DNA from: Paraspadella gotoi | Lineage: Eukaryota > Animalia > Chaetognatha | DNA length: 64,000 nt | Assembly (NCBI GenBank): GCA_051294375.1 | Contig: CM119266.1 | Span: forward strand, 15,493,405 to 15,557,404 | Reading direction: 5' to 3' | In this document: positions 1 through 12,129 of the stretch, piece after piece | Layout of the letters: every line of letters begins with the position of its first letter | Position numbering within the stretch: the first letter of the stretch is position 1 | Notes under the pieces: generated by a model | Database searches by the model: none | What the model saw: the letters and a program-made list of their open reading frames with translations, nothing else | Told to the model about the DNA's origin: nothing | Position numbers and translations under genes: made by a program

Positions 1-1927
1 CGTTTGCGAAAATTTGTTAATTAGTCTTATCAGATTGTTTGAGATTAAGCGATCTCTTTGACAGAACACAGATGGAATTTTTTTTGAATTTTTTTTTCCC
101 TCGTTTCATTTTTTTTCTTCAAAATTTTATCTCCTAAAATCAACTCTTCATACTTTCCTCCTTTCTCAATTTTCTTTTTCTTTTTCCTCGCTCTTTTCCT
201 CCATTTTCTTTCTCTCCTTTTGCCCTCCGGTCAGTTTTTTTTCTCTCTCTCTTCTTTCCTCCGTCATAAGAGAAGAGAAAAATCGGTTTCGGGGTCGAGC
301 CATCCCGAGTCACGTGACCTCCGAGTCAAGGTTCGGCGGGTCTCTCGCGCGTGCACGTGCACGCAACGAGGATCCCCACCAGCTTCTGTTTACGAGTTTT
401 CCTTCCGCGCGCGCGCCTTCCTCGGTCTTTTTCGCGCGATTAAACTCTAGACAAGTCACATCGTAATTCCCTAAGGAGTACAAAGCGGTTGAGATGACCG
501 GGCGAAATTAAAGTATAGGCAAAGGTTGGACGATCAATAATTTCAAATTAAAAAAAATTATAGAGTTGGATCACGATATTTTTATCGATGAAGGGAGGGG
601 AATATGGATTTTATTTTGTGGCGAAATGAATTTCGCATTACGTCAATTTATTAAGGCCGAAAAGACGGCGCGCCGGCGCGGCGTGGATTAATGAATGAAT
701 CGGTCTTCGACATTTTTTTTCCCTCCGAAATAAACGTTGGATTCATCGAAGAAATGAATGATTCAACGAAGAAAAGAATGATTCATTAAAGGAATAAATG
801 ATTCATCGAATGGAATGTTTTATGGAAAGAATGAAAAGGTTGTCGTGATATTTTCTTCTCCTCTAAAAATTCTTCCATAAGGACGAATTTTCGGAGGGAA
901 AAAATGGCGGAATTCCGTCCGGGAGATTATAAAAAATTTGTCATAAATAATCCAGAAAAAGAAAAAAACTATGAATAAATCAGCTATAAAATATNNNNNN
1001 NNNNNNNNNNNNNNNNNNNNNNNNNNNNNNNNNNNNNNNNNNNNNNNNNNNNNNNNNNNNNNNNNNNNNNNNNNNNNNNNNNNNNNNNNNNNNNNNNNNN
1101 NNNNNNNNNNNNNNNNNNNNNNNNNNNNNNNNNNNNNNNNNNNNNNNNNNNNNNNNNNNNNNNNNNNNNNNNNNNNNNNNNNNNNNNNNNNNNNNNNNNN
1201 NNNNNNNNNNNNNNNNNNNNNNNNNNNNNNNNNNNNNNNNNNNNNNNNNNNNNNNNNNNNNNNNNNNNNNNNNNNNNNNNNNNNNNNNNNNNNNNNNNNN
1301 NNNNNNNNNNNNNNNNNNNNNNNNNNNNNNNNNNNNNNNNNNNNNNNNNNNNNNNNNNNNNNNNNNNNNNNNNNNNNNNNNNNNNNNNNNNNNNNNNNNN
1401 NNNNNNNNNNNNNNNNNNNNNNNNNNNNNNNNNNNNNNNNNNNNNNNNNNNNNNNNNNNNNNNNNNNNNNNNNNNNNNNNNNNNNNNNNNNNNNNNNNNN
1501 NNNNNNNNNNNNNNNNNNNNNNNNNNNNNNNNNNNNNNNNNNNNNNNNNNNNNNNNNNNNNNNNNNNNNNNNNNNNNNNNNNNNNNNNNNNNNNNNNNNN
1601 NNNNNNNNNNNNNNNNNNNNNNNNNNNNNNNNNNNNNNNNNNNNNNNNNNNNNNNNNNNNNNNNNNNNNNNNNNNNNNNNNNNNNNNNNNNNNNNNNNNN
1701 NNNNNNNNNNNNNNNNNNNNNNNNNNNNNNNNNNNNNNNNNNNNNNNNNNNNNNNNNNNNNNNNNNNNNNNNNNNNNNNNNNNNNNNNNNNNNNNNNNNN
1801 NNNNNNNNNNNNNNNNNNNNNNNNNNNNNNNNNNNNNNNNNNNNNNNNNNNNNNNNNNNNNNNNNNNNNNNNNNNNNNNNNNNNNNNNNNNNNNNNNNNN
1901 NNNNNNNNNNNNNNNNNNNNNNNNNNN

Positions 1928-2804
1928 AGACAGACAGACAGACAGACAGAGACTCCGCAAAAAATTGACGCGAATTATTTCAATTCGATTCCGTTTTCCC
2001 TCGCGTCACCCACGGTCAATGGAAGAGGTTCACAGTTACATCCCTCGTCGCGGGGATGAAGCGAGAAAAGCTTCGGAAAGAAATGGGAGAAAAACATCCG
2101 GGTCTTTCTCGGAAAACAAGACAGAGTCGACGGCCTATCTATCGTCGTTTTCTCCGCGACCCCGAGGCCATNNNNNNNNNNNNNNNNNNNNNNNNNNNNN
2201 NNNNNNNNNNNNNNNNNNNNNNNNNNNNNNNNNNNNNNNNNNNNNNNNNNNNNNNNNNNNNNNNNNNNNNNNNNNNNNNNNNNNNNNNNNNNNNNNNNNN
2301 NNNNNNNNNNNNNNNNNNNNNNNNNNNNNNNNNNNNNNNNNNNNNNNNNNNNNNNNNNNNNNNNNNNNNNNNNNNNNNNNNNNNNNNNNCGTGAACACGA
2401 GCGCGATTGTGATCATCGTGAACGCGCCTTCGCACGCAAGTCACGTGTACCGTCTCCTCACATTCGCGCGCACGGTTTTCGAACGTGAGATCGTGCCCTT
2501 TTTGTTTTTTTTTTAATCATTTTTAGTTGCGCCGCGAGTACTCGCGGAGCAATTCTATAAGTCACTTTTCGGTCGGTCTTTCGGTCTGTCCCACTAACGT
2601 TAAAAATATATATAATTTGCTTACAGTTGGTTGCTCATTTTTTTGAGACAAAAAAACCCGTAAATCTAAGGGATTGCTAGCGCCGTCTTCTGGAAATACT
2701 AAAACTATAAGGAATAAAAGACAGAATTTTTATGCAGGGCATGTCATAAATACACGGGCTAAGAAAGTTATTGTAGTTGTAGTCGGGAATTGCCTAGGTT
2801 CACC
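1928..2804. repeat. Near-identical direct duplicate of ~3870-4700, bounded by N-gaps (probable assembly redundancy)
   Basis: Same sequence (gagactccgcaaaaaattg...tgcctaggttcacc) occurs at both places, differing mainly by 1-nt indels; flanked and interrupted by gaps. Confidence 0.85.
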
Positions 2805-3534
2805 NNNNNNNNNNGAGAGAGAGAAATGCACAAAGGGAAGCTGTTTATTTTCAGCTAGAATTTTTTTTCTAAATGGAAATGCAGCCCTGAATTTGTTTGC
2901 CTTTTGTTTGCCGTTCTCCATGCGTCTAAACAACTAAATTTCCGGTTTGCAAATCGATTGTGCATGGATGCTGTCCGGTTGTGGTTTTCATAGGGTTGGA
3001 TGTGGACGATGTATTATATTAGGAAGTAGTTAAAGTTGAATTACTTGGACGCCTTGAATATACATGTATAAGTTATATTTATATATATGTATAAATTGTA
3101 TATGTATAAGTTTATGCAGTTTTTATAATGATATATATATTGAGTCTGGCTCTGTCATTGAAGATGGATCAGTATTTTAGTAAACAAACACACTTTTTAG
3201 CTTTGCTACATCTTTTTTGGATAGCCAAATAAATTTAAAAAATGTAATATCAAAAGCAATGTAAAATTGTAGACTGCATGAAATATGTTTAATGACTTCT
3301 TTTTTACATAGATTAGATCAAAAAGCAGATTTATGAATGTTCTGGTGTCCGGGATAGTCGTGTGCGAAGTCATAATATTGCAGGCGACGGGACAATAACG
3401 ATTTCGTCGGACATGTATGCTTCTTCAAGAATGATTTACACATATTTCATAAAAAAAATGAAATAATATATAGAAATGGTTCATACCCTGCCAGAAAGAT
3501 CTTTTTCTCTCAATTTCGTTCTAGCCTATTATCA

Positions 3535-3700
3535 TTTCTATCCTCTTTTTATCCTCTAGCCTATCCTTCTATCCTCTTTAACACTTTATCCTCTTGTCTA
3601 TTCTTCTATCCTCTTTAACTCTTTAACTCTTTAACCTCTTGTCTATCCTTCTATCCTCTTTAACTCTTTAACTCTTTATCCTCTTGTCTATTCTTCTATC
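3535..3700. repeat. Pyrimidine-rich low-complexity minisatellite
   Basis: Reiterated tctatcctctttaac / ctctttaa motifs. Confidence 0.7.
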
Positions 3701-3807
3701 CAGCCTCCTTCGTTATCAGCGCCGTCGACTCGGCTGTCATCGGTTCGAACTCGTTCAGCCTGGGGTCATCGAGCCTCGATTTCGGGTCTTGGGAAAAGAA
3801 AAGAGAG

Positions 3808-3876
<69 letters not shown>

Positions 3877-4131
3877 GAACAGACAGAACAGAGACTCCGC
3901 AAAAAATTGCGCGAATTATTTCAATTCGATCCGTTTTTCCCTCGCGTCACCACGGTCAATGGAAAGAGTCACACATTACATCCCTCGTCGCGGGATGAAG
4001 CGAGAAAAGCTTCGGAAAGAAATGGGAGAAAACATCCGGGTCTTTCTCGGAAAACAAGACAGAGTCGACGGCCTATCTATCGTCGTTTTCTCCGCGACCC
4101 CGAGGCCATGGACGTTGTTGTTGTTGTTTGC

Positions 4132-4247
<116 letters not shown>

Positions 4248-4415
4248 TGGCTTTCGATCCTCAGGTGCGTCTTTCTTTCGACGCCCGTGAACACGAGCGC
4301 GATGTGATCATCGTGAACGCGCCCTTCGCACGCAAGTCACGTGTACCGTCTCCTCACATTCGCGCGCACGGTTTTCGAACGTGAGATCGTGCCCTTTTTG
4401 TTTTTTTTTTAATCA

Positions 4416-5496
4416 TTTTTAGTTGCGCCGCGAGTACTCGCGGGAGCAATTCTATAAGTCACTTTTCGGTCGGTCTTTCGGTCTGTCCCACTAACGTTAA
4501 AAATATATATAATTTGCTTACAGTTGGTTGCTCATTTTTTTGAGACAAAAAAACCCGTAAATCTAAGGGATGCTAGCGCCGTTCTTCTGAAATACTAAAA
4601 CTATAAGGAATAAAAGACAGAATTTTTATGCAGGGCATGTCATAAATACACGGGCTAAGAAAGTTATTGTAGTTGTTAGTCGGGAATTGCCTAGGTTCAC
4701 CCCGCCTATAAGCATGACACCTTCAGTCCTGACCCGGTGGCTCATTGAGTAAAGCCATCAGCTCATTACCACTAGGTACCGGGTTCAATCCTAACCTCGG
4801 TACCTACCCTGCGGGAAGCGTGAGAACGGCCGTAAGCCGCCTTGGGGGCGTGGCAACCCCTCAAGCCTGGTTCCAAGCCCAGGACCCGCTTCCATAGCTT
4901 ACTAAAGGGGTTTATAGAAGTTACGGATGGTCACTCTTCAACCCACTTAGCGCCTTATCCACACTGGTGAGCCCATCCCGTCAAGCGTATTCAAACCTTC
5001 TGATTCCAGGCCCATGGACGTGTTGAAGATTGCTCCCCTCCCTCCACTGGAAGCAGTGCAGGGTGGGTTACAATCTGGGGGGCATGTAGTCGAGCATTGC
5101 CTAGGTTCACCCCGCCTGTAAGCATGATACCTTCAGTCCTGACCCGGTGGCTCATTGAGTAAAGCCATCAGCTCATGACCACTAGGTACCGGGTTCAATC
5201 CCACCCTGGTACCTACCCTGCGGGAAGCGTGAGGGTGGCTGTAAGCCACCTTGGGGGCGTGGCAACCCCTCAAGCCTGGTTCCAAGCCCAGGACCCCTTC
5301 CATAGCTACTAAAGAGGGTTATAGAAGTTACGGATAGTCATCTTCAGCCCACTTAGCGCCTTGTCCACATAGTCATGGATTTATGTCATGTCCTGTCTTT
5401 TCATCTCATGTGCCATCTTGTCATGTCACGTTACGAAAAATATACGTGATAAGGCGGTCACTTCGGCGCAACACATTTGAATTACCGTTCTTGTTT
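4416..5496 (+). mobile_element. Non-autonomous Helentron/DINE-1-like element (family 1) enclosing a tandem SINE-like dimer
   Basis: T-run, then GTTGCGCCG (4422-4430), a TCGGTCGGTC-type core, and the inverted CGGCGCAAC (5464-5472) followed by ACATTTG...CTTGTTT. The same termini recur at 2526, 43670, 44385-44635, 48986-49033 and 51294-51412. Confidence 0.65.
4677..5370 (+). mobile_element. Two tandem copies (410-bp period, second truncated) of a tRNA-derived SINE-like unit
   Basis: CTAGGTTCACC at 4691 and 5101. Each unit has an A-box-like TGGCTCATTGAG and B-box GGTTCAATCC at tRNA spacing, with TCAGCTCAT reminiscent of a tRNA-Met anticodon arm, but no complete cloverleaf. Confidence 0.65.
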
Positions 5497-5689
5497 CTGA
5501 AAGATTTTTAGTTACGATATTCTATTTATTTTTAGTCCAACAAGTTTTTATCGAATGTCTTCGTCCGTATTTCCGGACTGTCGATTGCGCCTTATTTTTT
5601 AAATCTCGTTTCGCTTATGGCGTCGGTAAGACTTTGAAGTTTGAACTGACAGGCAGCCGCAGGCCCAAGGGGTGAAAAAATTCGGTGTG

Positions 5690-5819
<130 letters not shown>

Positions 5820-7429
5820 TCTAGAGAAAAACAGGTTAAAATATATACACATATGTAAGACTCATTCATTGCCCATTTGTCCGTTTTATGTTCAATCTTT
5901 TCTAATTCCATTTCCCGGTTTTTTCTCATTGTTCCAACCGATTCGTTTCTGTTGTGGGTGACGGGATCAGCTGAAGCTTCAAACCCGCTTTTCATCCATC
6001 ATCATTTTCTCCCCGAAAGAAAGAGGCGTATTTTCGCGGCGAGGCGAGGCGAGGCGCGAGGTGAGAGAGACTGTAAGCCTCAAGGGAGGGTGAGGTAAGC
6101 GTTAGGCGCGGAAAGGGTCGCGCCAAGGTGAGGCAGAGAAGCGCTTCTATATGCGCGGATTGGGTCGGTTGTTAAACGCGTCGCGCCTACGGGAGGAAAG
6201 GGTCAGAGTGAGCGAGTGAGAACGCCAGTTTTGAGATGCAGGTGGCGTTAGAGGAGAAAGGAAGGGGATGTTGGCTCTCTTGAATGAAGGTGAAGTCAAA
6301 CATGGGTTTAAAATTTAATTAGCTATGAGTTCATGATTTTAAGATTAAAGATAAAAAAATGCAACGAGTCTCCGTGAAGTAGAAGGATTTTGAAGCCCTT
6401 AGAAGCAGGGATAGGAAGACCGGTTGCCGAAATTTTTTGTTTTGTTTTGCCTGCATCTTATTAAAATCCTAATGTATTTTTTAAATATTTTTGACTAACA
6501 TTTTAAATTTTGTCGGTTATTTTTTACTTCTAAACCGACATTCGTCACCGATCGTAGAATTAATCTTTTCTGGGTCTCGAACTCCGAAGGTCGTTGACGT
6601 TTTTTGAAAATTGAAACGAGGCCGGCGAAAATTGAGTTCCTTTTCAAAATAGGTTTCATTTAGACCTCCGATCCATTCCATCGAGTTTGCGGCGCGATCT
6701 ACGTCACCTGCAAACGCTTCGGCGCCAATGGAGATTGAGATTTACTGATTTTATCTAAATCAGTTTTTCTTATTGGGAGTTCAGTTGACTGTGTCTCTGT
6801 CGGTGACGTTGTCATCGCTTTAATGTTTATCAATTTATTTGTTACGCCTATAGTGACAAAATCACAGTTACTTTTATGCTAGTATAAAACGAGCCAGACA
6901 AATAAGTACAACGGAGGAAGGACTGGCGGTGCCTGAAGGGAAGAAACGAAGAGAAAAAAATTGAAAACGACAAAAAAGACAAAAGGTGGGACTGAAGTAA
7001 AAAAAAAAGGAGAGAAACGCATCGAGTCTTTGAATTTCTTTCACAAGCGACGATATTAAGCGAAAGGAAAACCGATTAAAAACAAACAAACAGAGTCGAG
7101 GCTTCCACGAGGAGCCATGCGCAGAGTTTCGCGTCTGTAATTGAAAGAGGGAGAGAGAGAGAGAGAGAGAGAAGGAAAAGGGGCGAAGGGAGAGAGGAGA
7201 CAGAGAGAGGAGAGAGAGAAGGAGGAGGCAGGAAGGAGAAGGAGAGAGAAGAGAGATAATACGGCATATTTTGTTAATGGCAAGAGAAGCGGCTTAGCAA
7301 AGATCGCCATCTTACGAAAGTGGGAGGGAGAGGCATCGGACGTCATCAAACTAGAGATACAATCTTGATGTATATGTCGAGTTACATGAGGGAGACATCT
7401 TTGTCAACGCGGTCTTAAAAGTGGGCAAA

Positions 7430-7485
<56 letters not shown>

Positions 7486-7638
7486 CTCTCTCGTCTCTCT
7501 GTCCTTTCACTCGGCGGGGTATGTGGTTTTCCTGGTGCTTGCCGCACACTGTTTTCATTTTTTATGCTTCCGATAAAAAAGATTTCATCTTTCGGTGGTG
7601 GAGGAATTTTTGAACACCACATTCCCCCGGCTCTATGT

Positions 7639-7669
<31 letters not shown>

Positions 7670-8807
7670 AACTCTCTCTCTCTCTCTTCTCTCAAACCGG
7701 ATGCGCTCCCTCTGTCTCTTGGTCTCTCAGCGGTTTCCGACCCTAATATATTCCATCCTCTATCTCCGATGCTTTCCTTTTGCTTTCAGCCTTGACTACT
7801 TAGTGATATCCGGGCTATTTTTATCCGTAACTGGTAAACTGTCTCCCCACCCCCCACTCTCGCTCTCTCGCTCTCTATCTCTCTCGTTTTTGGGAATAAG
7901 GCTCCCGAATCTACCCTCACCGATCTCCCGCTGCGGAACTTACGACATTCAAATAAAAAAGCCATAAAATAAAAGGATAAAATGCAAAAACCCCATAAAA
8001 ATTCCCTCAAACGCTTGTCTCTCCGCCGAAAGACAAAAAAAAAAAAAATTAGAAAAAATAAATAAAGGGCAGAGCGTTGCGACATTGGAGTCGGGGTGGT
8101 CGATGTGAATTTTGTTTCGCCTTCGACGGACTTCTTGTTTGTGTTTACTTTTTTATCCTTTGGTCCACGGGTTGGCGCGCTTGAGCTCTCGTTTTGTTTT
8201 GGTTTTTAGTTTGGTCTGGCTTTGCCAGTCTGTCTGCGTCTGGGAGAAAAAAATTAAAGCAACGCGGATCATCCTTTTCAACTCTGGAATATTGAATAAT
8301 CGGACGAAAATATTTTGAACAGAAATATCCAGAAAGAGGATATACACTATTATACACCCTTACTCGCCTTACCCGTTACTCTTTAGTTTTTCCGTTCGCT
8401 TCTCGTCACTGATTGTTGTGGTCGGAGTTGTCGTTGTCGCCTTTGTCGTCGCCTTCTCGATGCCATTATTTTTCTTTCGTGTGTTTGTTTACATCACGTG
8501 ACACCCAGGGCGTAATCGCTCCAAAGAGGTTGTCCCCAGATTACTAATCAGGCAAAAACTTAAAAAGAGGCAGATGCTCTCGTTAAAAATGATATGTTTC
8601 TATGTACCACATGATCGAAATATGATCAAATTAATAAAAACCATGAAAAATTTTATTTATTAGAACTGAGTGTTAGTTATGTATAGAATGTATAAAAATT
8701 CGCATTATCCATGATTTTTTCTAACATCCCTATCTTGTTTCCGAGACTTCTACCGACAAAAATCCCGCGCTTAGAAAAAAAAAAATGGAATCTCGGATTC
8801 GAGAGAA

Positions 8808-9362
8808 TCATTTCTCGTCTTCGTCAGAAGTTCTTTCTCCGTTGTTGTTTTTCTCGACGTCGTGATCGGCGACGGCGCGGAAGGAGTCGGCGACCCTCTC
8901 ATCACACGGCGCCAAGGTCCGCTTCGATACGACGCGCGACGTCCCGCCCGACGCGTCCAACGAAGCGGCAAACATTGATCTTGACGTTTCGGCCTTCCCC
9001 GCGAGCGACTGAGAATCCCGCTCCAAATCCTCGGCCGCCGTCAAGGAATCCAGCGCCGCGATGAGCGCCTCCGTCGCTGCCAGAACCGACGCCGATTTCG
9101 ATCCCGAGGTCGTCGACGAGGACGTCGAGTAAGAGAATTTGCTCGACGAATTTTCCTCGGGATTCCAGATCTGAGCGTAGGATTCTGCCACGAGATTCAG
9201 CGTCTTTCGAAACTGGTTCGACGCTGAGTCCGAGCCGACGCGACCGTGCAACGCCTCGTGGACCGCGATCTGCAGCGCCATCGTCTTTTCGGCCATCGAC
9301 GCTCGCTTCGTGAGGCCCAACACTTTATAGGGATCATTGGGATCATCTTCGTCGGCCTCCAT
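8808..9362 (-). CDS. Small J-like (DnaJ-domain-like, HPD-less) protein, ~184 aa, single exon
   Basis: Likely start MEADEDDPND at 9362 (ORF sequence upstream is A/T-run, non-coding-like). DPYKVLGLTKRAS matches J helix I; LVAESYAQIWNPEE matches helix III/IV consensus (EIAEAYEVLSDPE); no HPD. GC-rich codons against AT-rich flanks. Confidence 0.7.
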   Translation of the reverse strand: MEADEDDPNDPYKVLGLTKRASMAEKTMALQIAVHEALHGRVGSDSASNQFRKTLNLVAESYAQIWNPEENSSSKFSYSTSSSTTSGSKSASVLAATEALIAALDSLTAAEDLERDSQSLAGKAETSRSMFAASLDASGGTSRVVSKRTLAPCDERVADSFRAVADHDVEKNNNGERTSDEDEK

Positions 9363-9731
9363 TCCAAAATAAGGATTTTCGAAAAAAAACAAAACAAAAA
9401 AAAACTTTAAATAAATAAATACGCCATTTGAAATACATGTGACTGGTAAGACTGTATTTTTCTTGCTTGATTTATCTACTTTTTTACAATCGTTAATAAT
9501 TAAAAAAAGTTTTTTCTGTTTCGTTTTTACCATTAATTTTTAATTAAAAAAAAAAGAGTAATTTTATACTTTTTTACTATTATTTCCTTTTAGAAACCAA
9601 CATCGTTCAAGTCCTATCCTATTTCTAAATGTACATGCAAAAAAATACAAAGTCGAATTGATAGTGTTGGATATTTTAAATTCTGCCAAAATTCACTTTG
9701 AATCTTTCACAATTCAATCTATTATATATCT

Positions 9732-12129
9732 TCACTTCCCTTTCTTGCCAAAGAGGCCACCCGGTTTCCCGATGCGACGCCCGGTGGTCTCCTTCGGTTT
9801 GGCAGCGTCCTTGGCCGGGACAGCGGCCAGAGTTTCATTTCTTTTGCTTGCAGGTGGCGCGTTGACTTTTGGCTTTGTGGCCACGTCATTTTCACTTGGA
9901 GCGTCGGCGATGGCATTTCCAGTGAGGGTCGTAGCTGCTACTTCATTGATGGTTGGGGCAGCTCCTATATCATTTTCATTGGGGTCAGCGGCAAAAGTCT
10001 CATCGACGCTGGGGGTGACTCCAAAGGCATTCTCACTAGGACCAGTAGCAAAGGCATTTCCACTGATGGCTGCTGCTGATTCATTGAGCCTGGGTGTAGT
10101 GCCAACAGCATTCTCGCTTGCAGCAGTCACAAAGGCATTACCGCAAATAGCTTCAGTGACATCGGTGAAGCTATGAGAAGTGACTAAATCATTTTCACTG
10201 GGGCCTATGGCAAAGTTATTACAGATTAACGATGCAGTAGTTTCATTGACATTTGGCGAGGTGCCCAAAGCGTTATCACTTGGACCTCTGTCACTGGTAG
10301 CTGCTGTTGCTTCATGGACACTAGGGGAGGTACCAAAAGCATTTTCACTGGGACCTCTGGCAAAGGCATTACCACTAGAAGCTGCTGTTGCTTCATGGAC
10401 ACTAGGAGAAGTGGCAAAAGCATTTTCATGAGGGCCTCTGGCAAAGGCATTACCACTAGAAGCTGCTGTTGCTTCATGGACACTAGGAGAAGTGGCAAAA
10501 GCATTTTCATGAGGGCCTCTGGCAAATGCATTACTGCTGATAGCACCAGCTGATCCGTTTATGCTATTGGTAGTAGCAAAATCATTTCCACCGGCGGCTG
10601 TAGAAAAGGCACTGGAGGCTTCCGCTGCTTCAGTAATGCTTGTAGAAGTGGCGAAAGCATTTTCACTGGGGCCTCTGGCAAAGGTATTACCACTAGAGGT
10701 TGCCGCTGCTTCAGTACTTCTTGGAGAAGTGGCAAATCCACCTTCACTGGGAACCTTGGTAAAGGCATTACCGCTGGGAGCCGCTCCTGCTTTATTAATG
10801 CTAAGGGAAGAAGGACAAGTGTAGTCATTGGCGATTAACCCTCCAGTATTATCAACGTTGGAAGCAGAGCCTATGATGTTTTCACTCCTGGCATCGACAA
10901 CGCCATTCCGACTGGGGACGAACACTACCGCGTTCACACCGCCGATTTCGCCTTCAAGGGCGCTCGATGATGCCATATTGGAATCACTGACGATGGATGT
11001 GTGGGAGTAGGCGTTCCCACCACAGTTAAAGTTACTGCGTCTCGAGGCCGACATCCGCCGGCCGACGTCGGCCGCCGTCGCCGACACCGCCGCTGCGATT
11101 CCCGACGCAGCCGTGGATGCATTCGCAGCCGCCTCGCTGCGCATCATGTCGGCAGCTATTTCCGCCGCCCGTTCCCTAGCGGTGGCTAACCGGTCAGCCG
11201 CGATTTCCGCCGCCGCTTCCGCCGCCGTTCGCGCCATCTCCATCGCCTCCGTCGCCTCCTGGACTCGGATGGCGGCGACGTCCATCGCCGATCGCCAACC
11301 AACTTCCGCCGCCTCTCTCATCCTCAGCGCCGCCAATGAGGTGAACCCGGAAGCGGAGTTGAGAAGCTCCATCATGGATCTCGCCTCCTCCGCCTCCTGC
11401 ATCTCCTGTCGTTCCGCAGAGGACGACCGGTTCCGAGTGAAGTCGTACTCTCGCCTCGCCGCCGGATCTGACAGAACCCGGAACGCCACGGCGAGACGCA
11501 GCAGCAGCGCCTCGGAATCGTTGCCGAGCGTGGTCGCCGACCCTGCTTCGATCTCTTCGCTCGAATGGGTATCATCTTCGCGGTTGATGTTGACGTAACC
11601 GTTCTGTCCCGCTTCAACGTTTTGTTGTGCGTTTGTCGACTCGACTGCGGCGTCCCTTTGAAGAAGAAAATACATTAGTAGAAATTTACTTAATAACTCA
11701 AATACTTTTATAGTTGTTTATTATCTTCAAAATAGATCAAAATAAATGAAAAAATAAGTATTGTCTGTTGCCCGGACATGCCCTGTACTGCCATATAGTT
11801 TCATCATAACTCGGCCAGCGATGACGTTGAAATAATTGTAGGTTTTTTAATTAGAAAATAGACTTTTGATGGGAAAAAGTTATAATGCGTTGTATTCAGT
11901 TAAATTTTTTTTGAAGTTTTAATTAATTTAGACCTAAACAAAATTCTCCTAAACATTTTTTTTTTTTGCGAGGCCGGGACTTCCACCTTTGGGCGTAGAA
12001 CCGGTTGACCGTTTCGCGCGCCCACTGCTGCGTCGCGCTCAAGAACGCGTTCGTCACTTCCTCCGCCGACGCCGTCTCCGACACGCCCAACATCCGATAG
12101 TAATCCCTGTTGTTAGGGTCCGCATCCAT
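9732..12129 (-). CDS. Two-exon J-like protein (~688 aa): split HPD-less J-domain, Ala/Glu-rich helical region, 27-aa tandem repeats
   Basis: Exon 1 12129-11987 (MDADPNNRDYYRMLGVSETASAEEVTNAF...YAQ, GT donor, phase 2). Exon 2 11655-9732 after TACTAAT branch site and TTCTTCAAAG acceptor. Joined length 2067 nt stays in frame. LAVAFRVLSDPAARREYD is the J-domain C-terminal signature. Confidence 0.8.
9860..10775 (-). repeat. Coding minisatellite, 81-bp / 27-aa unit (NAFARGPHENAFATSPSVHEATAASSG), ~11-12 copies
   Basis: CCTCTGGCAAA recurs at 10354, 10435 and 10516 (81-bp period). Central units are near-identical, outer units diverged. Confidence 0.9.

Noticed and set aside
971-2516. Long ORFs containing X runs (also 12247-12733, 23687-24444)
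   Set aside because: Open only because they cross N-gaps.
4727-4802. Functional tRNA-Met gene
   Set aside because: Has A/B boxes and CTCAT but the anticodon and acceptor stems do not pair, and it lies within a repeated 410-bp unit; SINE-like.
9363-9533. N-terminal extension of the small J-like ORF
   Set aside because: A/T-run composition unlike the GC-rich coding part; the paralogue's start aligns with the ATG at 9362.
9658-11598. Plus-strand ORFs overlapping the large J-like gene
   Set aside because: Antisense shadows of a repetitive, Ala-rich coding sequence.
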